This document shows positions 11,201-19,922 of a DNA stretch of 32,000 nt, piece after piece. Made by a program: the position numbers and the translations under genes. Location of the stretch: positions 5,520,001-5,552,000 of the forward strand of contig NZ_RSDW01000001.1 of the NCBI RefSeq assembly GCF_003945235.1, given 5' to 3'. Numbering within the stretch: the first letter of the stretch is position 1; the number at the start of each line of letters is the position of its first letter. The DNA comes from Edaphobacter aggregans. GTDB taxonomy: Bacteria; Acidobacteriota; Terriglobia; Terriglobales; Acidobacteriaceae. The notes under the pieces were generated by a model that saw nothing but the letters and a program-made list of their open reading frames with translations, made no database searches and was not told where the DNA came from.

Positions 11201-11515
11201 GATCTCACCCACCTGAAGTGTCAACTCCTTCTGCTCCCAACTGGTGAAACCGCTCGATTCCACGTGAACCGTATACGTGGAAGCAGCGATGCTATCAATA
11301 CGGAAATAGCCAGTCCCGCTCGCCTTTGCGGTTCTGCTTACTCCCAGCCGCGTGTCGGTGATGGTGACCTGCGCCTCGGGGACGGCGGCCCCGCTACTGT
11401 CGAGCACCGTACCTTCAATACCGCTCGAGAATTGCGCGAGGGCCGGAAGCCCCTTTAGCATCAACAGGAATAGGAACAACGGGAAGAGTCTTTTTAGGTT
11501 TCTGACACTGGCCAT
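8216..11515 (-). CDS. TonB-dependent outer-membrane receptor with CarboxypepD_reg-like N-terminal domain (1099 aa)
   Basis: The start is placed at ATG 11515 (MASVRNLKRLFPLFLFLLMLKGLPALAQ signal, GGGAG upstream) rather than at the ORF-track start 11677. FSSGIEGTVLDSSGAAVPEAQVTITDTRLGVSRTAKASGTGYFRIDSIAASTYTVHVESSGF is a typical CarboxypepD_reg module. The barrel is long and ends in the terminal aromatic …LRATF. The stop is TAG. Confidence 0.93.
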   Translation of the reverse strand: MASVRNLKRLFPLFLFLLMLKGLPALAQFSSGIEGTVLDSSGAAVPEAQVTITDTRLGVSRTAKASGTGYFRIDSIAASTYTVHVESSGFTSWEQKELTLQVGEIRTLTPVLSVGSTTESVTVTAGAAALNLVAPTTGSVISSITLQNTPLAGQNIYGLAALTPGMTGNAVTSGDNYTNEYAININAAGLRQEQNGYQIDGAYTNTPSRGGSTSISPNPQIVESMDIRTNDFDATKGRNGGATADVFTKSGTSNFHGSFNYYFLNDSLSARTEFESTVPIFTRNEVGATFGGPIIKNKFFIFGSIDVLRSSTTNAGQYTVETQDFENWAKTNLPNNIATQILTTAPPLAFPTTGIQTVSQLEASNPGFFAPPANLPANLNAVGTASISYSISKDGYQWSVRGDYYLRDKDRIYVTAIRTYDTSVSATPRPALNTGQANSSDFVNVNWTHVFSPRLLNEAGVNIIRPFGSNLPTDTMAIPYVNVTGLQGFANWGPGNFTQQTLGWRDMMTASIKTHTLKFGFEQFNIRENDQQSGAFGRPTYNFNNLLDFVQDQPLTESATPVNLQNHQQAPYERRYRGLYTGIFVQDSWKIAPTFTFNAGVRYDMMSNFFAILSPQLTNFTLGQGSSFNEQIANGVTGLAPSNRVLNHNVWGLTPRIGFSWDVFGNGKTALRGGVGMFSDQPPYLHITDITAGNLPNIYTPSLDVRQGTTPTFQLCSPPSGFTQTCPIVDTSNVVLNSSGGIVGQRANLGGYSPDYKLTSVIDWTLSVQQELIHGLIFELNYSASTARHLPIYNQDLNRFAGDLVVNRGKLTRLNPNFNTIQYATSDVNSIGNYGTAMVSRRFTNGIAFRGIYTWGKALDILSNAGSLDGGAVTAFSNAGQNSGPIFTNGDYQAQRGRADFDIRQQFSADGTWTVPNSYGSRWERAFLGGWQFGGVWLLQTGLPFTVYTSAPFNPVFNSAGQVIGNTGGDYNADGSDFDVPNVPTFGQHLPGQSRKAFLNGIFPASAFPVPAAGSQGNLGRNTYDGPGYNNVNFTFGKLFQTPWFFGEKMQIEAKGEVTNLFNRANLVGVNSDLSSSLFAHSTNQLPARYLQIHLRATF

Positions 11516-11965
11516 ATGCGCTCCCTTTTCGACAAAGGTTGAATGGCGATGGACCGTGGTCTTGAGAAGCGATTCGCCGCACCAAGGCAGAATCAAGACA
11601 GAATTATGCGCGTCGGAGCCTGGGTTCGACAAGTAGCTCGCGGCGATGCTTTGCAGCAGCCGAGATAAACCATTCACGATCTCGAAGATACGTGATCGTC
11701 ACACGGTTAGCCGACGTTATACACCGTCAATTACTTGCCGAGGGCAGGTCAAGACCTAATGTTTGATGAGAGTCGAAACCTCATTGCCCTCTGGATCTAT
11801 GAGTCACACCCCTGTTCTGTATCTCGATTACAGCTCCTAAGAAAAAGCTGATCGCTTCTCAGCGAAAGTTAGCAACGTCCTATAACCTTAGAGGGCACGG
11901 GCAAGGTTCCAGCAGGCTACTTTGCGGATCGGTGTCCCCCGGCTGACTTTGTACCGGCGAGAAAG

Positions 11966-14473
11966 GTGCATTACCTAGAGAAACGAATGCGACATCCCTG
12001 GAAAAGCGATCTCCTTTGCCGCACTTGCCAGAAGCTCAAACTAAACCGAGACTTCCTGAAAAATACGAGCGCAGTCCGAACGGCAATGCTGTGGATCCTT
12101 AGTTTCGGGGTCATCGGAATCGTGACAGTTCTTGCTCAGGACAGCAAATTCATCCTTGACCGTGATGGCAGAACTATCGTGCTGGAGCCATACGCGCCGA
12201 ATATCCTTCGAGTCACGTTGAGCAAGTCCAACGCAACCGCTGTGGGTGCCGCTGGATACGGACTTGTCGGAATACCAGCGATGACGGGCTGGGCTCATGA
12301 GCAGGATGCTGACGGGAACGATGTATTTCGCTCCAATCGACTGATTGTCCACGTCTCTGCCGATCACTTACCGCCGTCGCATCGCATGCCCCTCGACGAT
12401 TTGAATCAGTCCCTTCGAGATCACTACTTTGGCGGGGGAGGCGGGAGTCCACGAATCGACGACACTGTTTATGTAACAACGGCGTCAGGTAAGTCACTCC
12501 TGAAAATGCGGAACTGGTCCATGGTTCCTAACAACTCGGAAGCGGGAGCGACGAATGCAGCTAAGCTGAACGACGCCGGCTACCGTGTTTCTGCAACCTT
12601 TGACTCACCAGCAGATGAGCATTACTACGGGCTCGGTCAACAACAGCAGGGTGTCCTGGATCTTAGAGACCATCGCATCCACTGCTGGCATGATTACTCG
12701 GCCATCGGTGGACAAAACGTTTGTGTTCCATTCATGATCTCCAGCCGTGGCTATGGTCTGATCTGGGATAACCCTTCAAAAACCACGGTGGATCTTGGCT
12801 TCAATCAGCAAAACGTCTGGTCGTCAGAAGTTGGAGACCGTATTTCGTTCTTTGTGATCCAGGGAGAAAACAGCGACGAGATCTATAAAGGCTACCGCCA
12901 GCTCACCGGCATCACCCATATGTTGCCGAAGGCGGCCTACGGTTATATTCAGAGTAAGGCGATCTACCCGACACAAGATCAGCTCATGGCGGTTGCAAAG
13001 GGATATCGCGAGCGCCAGCTACCTTTGGATGTCTTGGTCGTGGATTTTTTGAACATGACTAAGCAAGGCGAATTGGATCTGGATCCCGCTCGGTGGCCTG
13101 ATCCAGCCGCGATGAACCAGCAACTCCATTCCATGGGCATAGGAACTCTGCTGAGCGTCTGGCCGCATTTCGCTCCAGACACTCGCTACTACGACATGCT
13201 TCGGGACAAGGGATGGCTCATCCATACAGCAGATGGCGCGCCGGACTCTGGCGGGTTCAAGAATGTAATCGGTCCGAACATCGATACCACCAATCCTGAC
13301 GCTGCCAAGTGGTTTTGGGAAGCCATTAGAGACCGTTACATCAAGCCATATCACTTTGATTACCTCTGGCTCGACGAGACGGAACCAGATATCGATCCGG
13401 CCAATGACTTTTTCTCTATTGGCTCTGGGGCTCGCTATTACAACGTCTATCCTTTGTTTCACACCGCTTCTGTATATGAGGGATTCAGGCGCGACTTTGG
13501 GGACAGTCGACGGGTCATGATTCTTGCCCGCGCTGCATACCTCGGAGCTCAGAGAAACGGTACGATCTTCTGGTCTAGCGACATCATCTCGACGTGGGAC
13601 ATGTTGAAGCGTTCCATTCCTGCCGGATTGAACTTCACCGCCACAGGAATGCCGTATTGGGATACGGACATCGCTGGCTTCTTCTCGCCCGCCATCCCTG
13701 CGGACTATAAACCGCTGCACGCACCATTGATCGATTCTTCGGATGCGCGCGGTGCCGTCGATAATTACACGGACTATCCCGAGTTGTTTGTGCGCTGGTT
13801 TGAATGGGGAGCTTTTCAACCTATCATGCGGGCTCATGGAGAAAGGAACCATAACGAAGTCTGGTCCTATGGCAAACAGGCCGAGCCCGTCCTCGAAAAG
13901 TATCTGCGATTGCGATATCAATTATTGCCGTATACGTATTCCCTCGCATACGGCAGTTACCAGACAGGCGCTCCCTTCATGCGCGCGCTGTTCATGGACT
14001 TCTCGAACGATCCTAATGTCGCTGGTATCTCCGACGAATACATGTTTGGCCCGGCATTCCTGGTAGCTCCAGTTTCGGAACAGGGAGCCACACAACGCTC
14101 GGTTTATTTACCCGCTGGTTGTGATTGGTACAACTACTGGACAAATGAACGGGTCAAGGGCGGCCAAACAATCGTGGTCAACGCTCCGATCGACACAATT
14201 CCACTTTTTGTTCGAGCAGGCAGCATCGTACCGCTTGGATCTCCTGTGGAGAGTACACAGGAGAAACAGGCCATTGCGGCGGTGCGCGTCTATCCGGGAG
14301 CGGATGCCAGCTTTACCCTGTTTTCGGATGATGGGAACACGTACTCATATGAGAAGGGGGGCGGCTCCGTCACCAGGCTCTACTGGGTTGAGGCCGCTCG
14401 TCAATTGAAACACGACGGAGCCGCCGCGTGGAGCAAACCAGATAACCTGATTGTGCAAATTGCCGGTCATTAA
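11966..14473 (+). CDS. Glycoside hydrolase family 31 (alpha-xylosidase/alpha-glucosidase-like)
   Basis: 835-aa ORF. GH31-type motifs are FDYLWLDETEPD (nucleophile region) and IFWSSDIISTWDMLKRSIPAGLNFTATGMPYWDTDIAGFF. The start is uncertain: GTG 11966, ATG 11987, or ATG 12086, which gives MLWILSFGVIGIVTVLAQ. Confidence 0.9.
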   Translation: MHYLEKRMRHPWKSDLLCRTCQKLKLNRDFLKNTSAVRTAMLWILSFGVIGIVTVLAQDSKFILDRDGRTIVLEPYAPNILRVTLSKSNATAVGAAGYGLVGIPAMTGWAHEQDADGNDVFRSNRLIVHVSADHLPPSHRMPLDDLNQSLRDHYFGGGGGSPRIDDTVYVTTASGKSLLKMRNWSMVPNNSEAGATNAAKLNDAGYRVSATFDSPADEHYYGLGQQQQGVLDLRDHRIHCWHDYSAIGGQNVCVPFMISSRGYGLIWDNPSKTTVDLGFNQQNVWSSEVGDRISFFVIQGENSDEIYKGYRQLTGITHMLPKAAYGYIQSKAIYPTQDQLMAVAKGYRERQLPLDVLVVDFLNMTKQGELDLDPARWPDPAAMNQQLHSMGIGTLLSVWPHFAPDTRYYDMLRDKGWLIHTADGAPDSGGFKNVIGPNIDTTNPDAAKWFWEAIRDRYIKPYHFDYLWLDETEPDIDPANDFFSIGSGARYYNVYPLFHTASVYEGFRRDFGDSRRVMILARAAYLGAQRNGTIFWSSDIISTWDMLKRSIPAGLNFTATGMPYWDTDIAGFFSPAIPADYKPLHAPLIDSSDARGAVDNYTDYPELFVRWFEWGAFQPIMRAHGERNHNEVWSYGKQAEPVLEKYLRLRYQLLPYTYSLAYGSYQTGAPFMRALFMDFSNDPNVAGISDEYMFGPAFLVAPVSEQGATQRSVYLPAGCDWYNYWTNERVKGGQTIVVNAPIDTIPLFVRAGSIVPLGSPVESTQEKQAIAAVRVYPGADASFTLFSDDGNTYSYEKGGGSVTRLYWVEAARQLKHDGAAAWSKPDNLIVQIAGH

Positions 14474-14478
14474 CGGAC

Positions 14479-16014
14479 ATGCAATTGGAATCTATTTTGC
14501 GTGATGCTGCCTATATCCAGTTGAAGCACAGGTTCGTTCGTTGTTTATTCGTTGCGACACTCGCGGCTGGGGGGCTGGCTTGTAGCTTGGCGCAACAGCC
14601 GCAAGCGACGTCGGCCTCGGCGGCGGCGTTAGTCAAAAGTGGGCGCTATGACGCCGCAGTTTCGGAGGCGAAACGCGGGCTTCTCATTCATCCAAAGGAC
14701 CCGGGACTCTGGACCATCGAAGGCATTGCTTACGCGATGCAGGGCGAGGATGAGAAGGCGTTGACGGCTCTCCGCACAGCCTCGCGCATTTCACCGGACT
14801 TCGTCCGTGCGCTGCAGGCCGAGGCTCAGATTCTCTCCCGCCAGCACGACCCGGAGCTTGCTGTCGTTCTCAAACGAATCTTACGGCTTGATCCGAACGA
14901 CAGCACGGCGCGGGAGATGCTGGCCCTTGAACAGGCGCGTCGCGGCGACTGCAAATCGGCAGATATCAACTTCCGACAGTTATCGGGCCAGTTCGACACG
15001 CATGCCGAGTCGCTGGAGCGATACGGTGCATGCCTCTTCACTGAAGGTGACTACGCGAAGTCAACCGCGATCTTCCAGCAATTCCAAATCCTTCGACCGG
15101 CCAGCGCCGAAGCAAGATACAATCTTGCTTTGGCGCAGATGCGTGCCGGTCAGAAGAAAGAGGCCGCAGAGACTCTGAAGCCGTTGCTATCCTCTCCTGA
15201 TGTTGACACAGCCTTGCTGGCCTCAGATGTGTTTGAGGACCTCGACGACACGCCTCAGGCCGTCTCCTTCATGCGCCGCGCGATTGTGCTCGATCCCATG
15301 CGTCCCGATTCTTATATGCGATTCGCGGAACTCTGCATGCTGCACGACTCGTACCAGACCGGCATCGACATGGTGAGTGCAGGCATTGCGCGGCTCCCGC
15401 ACGATTCGGGCCTATATCTCACACGAGGCTTGCTCTACGGCGCCATAGCCCAGTATGACAAGGCCGAGGCAGACTTCCGTCATGCAGAGCAGCTAGATCC
15501 GACCCACGGCACGGGGGCCTACGGCGTAGGCCTCGTGCAGGATCAAAGCGATCATCCAGGTGAGGCGTTGGCAACGACACGCGCCGCGCTTAGGGACCAT
15601 CCCCAGGATGCGCAGCTCAATTTCTTGCTTGCGCGCATCCTCATTGAAGGAGGCGTCGCGCCGGGCTCTCCCGAGTTCGCAGAGGCCGTGCGGGCCGCTG
15701 AGACTGCTGTACGGCTCAAACCGAATTTTCTTCCCCCACATGATCTGCTCGCCAAGATCGATGACATGCGCGGAGAGACAACTGGCGTGATTGAGCAGTC
15801 CCGGGAAGCACTCCGGATTGATCCATCGGACCAGGCGGCGATGTATCGGCTGATGCGTGCGGCCCGCAAGACAGGCGACACTGCCACGGCACAGGCTCTG
15901 CTGAAGCAGGTTGCAGATCAGCATGAGCATGCACGCGCTGAGGAAAGCCAGCGCTTACATTACAAGATCGTGGAATCCGTAGGCCCAGAACCACAGCCTC
16001 CTCCGCAGCACTGA
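14479..16014 (+). CDS. TPR-repeat protein with N-terminal signal/anchor
   Basis: 511-aa ORF starting 5 nt after the GH31 stop, so a likely operon. The hydrophobic N-terminus is FVATLAAGGLACSLAQQ. Degenerate 34-aa TPR-like units recur (…AYAMQGEDEKALTALRTASRISPDF…, …ARYNLALAQMRAGQKKEAAETLKPLL…, …GLLYGAIAQYDKAEADFRHAEQLDP…). Confidence 0.85.
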   Translation: MQLESILRDAAYIQLKHRFVRCLFVATLAAGGLACSLAQQPQATSASAAALVKSGRYDAAVSEAKRGLLIHPKDPGLWTIEGIAYAMQGEDEKALTALRTASRISPDFVRALQAEAQILSRQHDPELAVVLKRILRLDPNDSTAREMLALEQARRGDCKSADINFRQLSGQFDTHAESLERYGACLFTEGDYAKSTAIFQQFQILRPASAEARYNLALAQMRAGQKKEAAETLKPLLSSPDVDTALLASDVFEDLDDTPQAVSFMRRAIVLDPMRPDSYMRFAELCMLHDSYQTGIDMVSAGIARLPHDSGLYLTRGLLYGAIAQYDKAEADFRHAEQLDPTHGTGAYGVGLVQDQSDHPGEALATTRAALRDHPQDAQLNFLLARILIEGGVAPGSPEFAEAVRAAETAVRLKPNFLPPHDLLAKIDDMRGETTGVIEQSREALRIDPSDQAAMYRLMRAARKTGDTATAQALLKQVADQHEHARAEESQRLHYKIVESVGPEPQPPPQH

Positions 16015-16177
16015 AACCATAGCCCAAAACCCCTGGACCCGCCCACGCTGGCTCAAAACACATGAAGATAGTTCTTGATGAAAACATTCGCGCAGGCAAT
16101 TTCTGACAACCGGAGCGGCGGTGAGAACCGCTGGATAATAATTCTGAAAACCGGTCAGAGGTCCTCTCTCCGTTCTC

Positions 16178-16504
16178 ATGCGTTCGAGCTGTTTCCAAAT
16201 TTTAATTGGGTTGCCGTCACGGTCGATGCCGAGCCGACAGTTTTCACTCGCTGTCGACTCAGAAACCAAAGACCCCTCTCACCGCGAACACTCGATGAGT
16301 GGTGTCGTTACTATTAGTGGCCAGTGGGCAGACGGCACGGAGTTCCTGGCGATTCCAAATTACGCGCGGATGAATCGTGTAGGTCCACCGCACGCCTACC
16401 CCAGGGAAGAGGACCTCGATTCCGGGTCGAGCACGACGGGGATTGCTTCGCCGACGAATAAGTATCCCAAGAAGCCGTCTGTCGAATCGAAGGTATGGGT
16501 CTAG
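16178..16504 (+). pseudogene. Possible 3'-terminal remnant of a GH127/DUF1680-like gene
   Basis: The ORF tail …VVTISGQWADGTEFLAIPNYARMNRVG…SKVWV* resembles the conserved C-terminal AIPYYAWANRG…VW ending of DUF1680/GH127 proteins. No upstream body of such a gene is present, and the neighbouring frames are broken. Confidence 0.3.
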
Positions 16505-16819
16505 GTTAGCCTCGGATATCTAAAAATCGAAGGAACATTCTTGAAGGACAAATGCCGACGCTGATCTGGATCTCATTCTGTGGTGGAATCCTGGCATGAT
16601 ATCGCCTGATAGGGATATAGCGAACTCTCTTCGCGCGGTGTTCACAATAGGACTAATCTTCTACGAAGTCAGCAATTTAGCCTATCTAACTGATCGAATC
16701 GTTCGGCTGTGCACCCCTTCATTGAAGGACACACCTGATAGTGCTTTTTCACGTCGAGATCGTATAACTTGATCGCACCACTGTTACAGGCTGGCAGCCG
16801 TTGCGATGAGGTCGATCTA

Positions 16820-19483
16820 GTGAATCTAGAAGTTACGCGTAGAAGATTTATGCAGCTTGCTGCTGCCGCTGCGTCCTCCATTAGCAAGAGTGCACAAGCG
16901 GCGAGGCGTCTCAATGGTTATGTCGAGATCAAGGTCGACCCAGCTGAAGATATCACAAGGACATCCAGCGTAGCTTGGGCTATCGACCAGTTGCGAGCCT
17001 CACTCAAAGACAAAGAAATAACTATGCAGGGCAGCGGTAAGGCTGCTGCGACGATTGTGATCGCTCCTTTGAAAAGCGCGTTCACAACGGGCTTTGTCCT
17101 ACCAGAAGAACGCAAGCCGGAGATGATCGCGCTCATTCCGCATCATGACAGCGAAAATCTAATCCTCGTGAGCGGGATCGACGCGCGTGGTTTTATCTAC
17201 GGTCTTCTGGAACTCACGGATCGCGTTCGTGCGGCCGATGATGTGTTAGATGCTTTGACGCTCGACGCGCCGGTTGTCGAAACCACACCCAACCGTGTCC
17301 GTAGCGTTGCCCGGGCATTTTGCTCAGAGATTGAAGACAAGTCCTGGTTCTATGATCGTGATTTTTGGACGCACTACCTTGATTCACTTGTCTTTGCACG
17401 CTTCAACCGCTTCAACTTTACATTGGGAATCGGTTATGACTTCCCGACGGGGGTCACTGGCGATTATCTGCACTTTCCCTACCCCTATCTTGTAAAGCTC
17501 ACAGCCTATCCTGATGTTCGCGTCGATCCGCCACTTCCTTCGGTCGAGCGCGAGAAGAATCTCGAAGCCTTACAGTTCATCGCCGCCGAGACCGAACGCC
17601 GCGGACTCGATTTTCAGTTAGCGATATGGACTCACGCTTATGAATGGACGGCGAGCCCGAACTCCGACCATCACATTCTGGGTCTCACACCCGCGACCCA
17701 TGCTTCCTATTGCCGTGATGCCCTCGCTGAATTGCTAAAGCTCTGTCCTCAAATCAAAGGCGTAACTCTGCGCGTTCACGGTGAAAGCGGCATCCCTGAA
17801 GGAAGTTATGGCTTCTGGGAGACTCTCTTCGAAGCGTTTCGTAGCGCGGGACGTCCTATCGAGATCGATATGCATGCCAAAGGACTCGATCAAAGGATGA
17901 TCGACCTCGGACATAGGACCGGCATGCGTTTGACCGCAGGTGCGAAGTTCTGGGCGGAGCATCTCGGTATTGGTTATCACCAGGCGGACATTCGCGCCAC
18001 CGAATATCCACGTGAAAATGTGACAGGAACGTTTGCAGTCTCAAATGGGACAAGAAACTTTACACGCTACGGATACGGGGACTTCTATCAACAAGGGAAC
18101 GGTATTGAACTTCTATACCGCGTCTGGCCAGGCACGCAACGCCATTTGTTGTGGGGAGATGCCGCCCTCGCCTCAGGCTACGGCCATGCGGCGAACTTCT
18201 GCGGCGCTGCTGGTATGGAGTTTCTGGAGCCGCTCACCTTTAAGGGCCGTGAAGGTTCAGGCCATTCCGATGGCCGGAATGCATACGCGAACCAACAACT
18301 TTTTTCCTCGAATCTCGACACAGGTAAGTTCGATGTGACTTATTTCCTCTGGGGTCGCCATCTCTACAATCCGGAGACCGCACCTGAAGCCTACCGGCGT
18401 TATCTGAAGAGAACTTATGGAGACGCAGACGAACATCTTGAGATAGCCCTTGCCAACTCCAGCCGCATCTTGCCGCTCGTCACGACTGCCTGGTTGCCTT
18501 CGGCGTCGAACCACTCTTTGTGGGTTGAATTGTATACGCCCACGTCGATTCTCCCGGTCAAAGGAAAGCCTCTCTACAGTGATTCGCCCGCGCCTCACAA
18601 CGTAAGCGCCGTCAGCCCTCTGGACCCGCAGTTATTTGTCTCCATAGAGAGCTACGCGCAGACACTCGTTCGTAATGCGATTATTCCTCACTATCACCCC
18701 CTCGAGGTCGCGCATTGGATTGACGAGATGGTCACGCAATCCTCGAGTGCTCTTGCCAAGGCGAAGAAGTCTGCCCCGGGGCGTATGTCTTCGCCGGCAT
18801 TTCGTCGCGCCGAAGAAGACATCCTCATCCTCAACGGTCTCGGACGCTATTTCGCTTCGTTGTTTCGAGCCGCACTCTGCTATTCGTTGTTTCAGAGTAC
18901 TGGCGACAAGCAGATTGCTGCGGAAGGCCTCAAGTTCTATCGCAGCGCACTCGAGTCCTGGAGAGCGATGTCGGTGGAGGCCAAGTCGGTCTACCTTAGC
19001 GATGTCAGCTATGGTTCTACACCAAATCGTCGGGGCCACTGGATCGACCGTATTCCAGAGATAGAGAAGGATGTCGCCGCGCTCGAACAATATTTCTCTA
19101 GCGCGAATGTTGCGAATACAGGCGTCAACGCTATTGCGCTCATTTCTGTTCCACGCAGCCGGGCAAACTACAAAGCGAGCCACACCCCTGCCCAGGCCTT
19201 CCATCCAGGCAGTGACCTTACGCTGAGGTTGCAGGTTGCCGAACCGATCATTGAAGCGGTTCTTTGGTATCGTCATGTGACCCATGCGGAACGTTGGCTT
19301 TCGAAGCCGATGGTGCGCGGCGGGCAGGTGTTCACCGCGGCAATTCCGGGTTCGTATACGCAGTCGCCGTTTCCGCTTCAATACTACTTTGAGCTTCGCA
19401 ATCAGACAGACGCCACTTTTTACCCGCCCATAAATGTAACGCTGTCGAATCAGCCCTATTTTTCCGTCCATCGTCGGATGTAA
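16820..19483 (+). CDS. TAT-exported 887-aa protein, glycoside-hydrolase-like, family not recognised
   Basis: The ORF opens at 16769. The likely start is GTG 16820 (GAGG 8 nt upstream), giving VNLEVTRRRFMQLAAAAASSISKSAQA, a twin-arginine signal. GIDARGFIYGLLELTDRV resembles the N-terminal domain seen in GH20/GH67/GH115-type enzymes. A TIM-barrel-like middle follows (FNRFNFTLG, LAIWTHAYEW, VHGESGIPEG). Confidence 0.85.
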   Translation: MNLEVTRRRFMQLAAAAASSISKSAQAARRLNGYVEIKVDPAEDITRTSSVAWAIDQLRASLKDKEITMQGSGKAAATIVIAPLKSAFTTGFVLPEERKPEMIALIPHHDSENLILVSGIDARGFIYGLLELTDRVRAADDVLDALTLDAPVVETTPNRVRSVARAFCSEIEDKSWFYDRDFWTHYLDSLVFARFNRFNFTLGIGYDFPTGVTGDYLHFPYPYLVKLTAYPDVRVDPPLPSVEREKNLEALQFIAAETERRGLDFQLAIWTHAYEWTASPNSDHHILGLTPATHASYCRDALAELLKLCPQIKGVTLRVHGESGIPEGSYGFWETLFEAFRSAGRPIEIDMHAKGLDQRMIDLGHRTGMRLTAGAKFWAEHLGIGYHQADIRATEYPRENVTGTFAVSNGTRNFTRYGYGDFYQQGNGIELLYRVWPGTQRHLLWGDAALASGYGHAANFCGAAGMEFLEPLTFKGREGSGHSDGRNAYANQQLFSSNLDTGKFDVTYFLWGRHLYNPETAPEAYRRYLKRTYGDADEHLEIALANSSRILPLVTTAWLPSASNHSLWVELYTPTSILPVKGKPLYSDSPAPHNVSAVSPLDPQLFVSIESYAQTLVRNAIIPHYHPLEVAHWIDEMVTQSSSALAKAKKSAPGRMSSPAFRRAEEDILILNGLGRYFASLFRAALCYSLFQSTGDKQIAAEGLKFYRSALESWRAMSVEAKSVYLSDVSYGSTPNRRGHWIDRIPEIEKDVAALEQYFSSANVANTGVNAIALISVPRSRANYKASHTPAQAFHPGSDLTLRLQVAEPIIEAVLWYRHVTHAERWLSKPMVRGGQVFTAAIPGSYTQSPFPLQYYFELRNQTDATFYPPINVTLSNQPYFSVHRRM

Positions 19484-19922
19484 GTGACTGGCCGCATGAA
19501 CGAACCTCTTTCGGAAGGGCCGTTCGGATGATTTCCGCGAGCGCATCGATGCCGAGAAGAGCGTTTTTCAGGACTGATCCGATTCCGAACTGGAAAGCGC
19601 GCCTTCCCAAACCATTAGTCGTCGGAGATGAACCACGTGCCGTCGCACTTGACCCAAAACGAGGGTAGGCAACCCAGCTCTTGAGATCACTGTAATCGTT
19701 TCTCCTCAGGCGCGACTCGAACCCTATCTCTCTTCGGTTTCGCTCCCTCGATCTGGCACCTCTTGCCGGTTCAAGCACGACCACCTCAGCCAAGAACTCT
19801 GACAGCTCCATTTGCTCGAGATTTCGATCTGGGGCAGACTCTTGTTCCACTCGGAGCAAAGGGGCCTTTCAAGAGCGACTTTGGGCCGAACATTGACCAG
19901 GCTAGGAGAGGGAGGAACTGCT

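Noticed and set aside
11516-11677. N-terminal extensions in the ORF track for the receptor (to 11677), the giant protein (to 26730), the 904-aa ORF (from 16769) and the dehydrogenase (from 20783).
   Set aside because: Internal starts are preceded by SD-like sequences and immediately give canonical Sec or TAT signal peptides, or the conserved N-terminus of the family. The extensions add non-signal, non-conserved residues.
13019-13921. 300-aa minus-strand ORF inside the GH31 gene. Similar long shadow ORFs occur at 4378-5187, 9458-10111, 10436-11194, 18632-19546, 24997-25755, 28271-29023 and 31179-31562.
   Set aside because: Each lies wholly antisense to a gene with strong family motifs. All are Arg/Gly/Pro/Ser-rich with no motifs and no RBS. 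This is typical of stop-poor antisense frames in GC-rich DNA.
19711-19727. GCGCGACTCGAACCC, which resembles the reverse complement of a tRNA T-arm, upstream of the integrase remnant. This raised the possibility of a tRNA attachment site.
   Set aside because: The nucleotides flanking the TTCGAGT loop (TAGGG and CGCGC) do not pair. No acceptor, D or anticodon arms can be drawn on either strand.
19753-19766. TGGCACCTCTTGCC, a sigma54-like -24/-12 element upstream of the integrase.
   Set aside because: The GG-to-GC spacing is two nucleotides shorter than the invariant sigma54 spacing, and no enhancer-binding protein gene is nearby.
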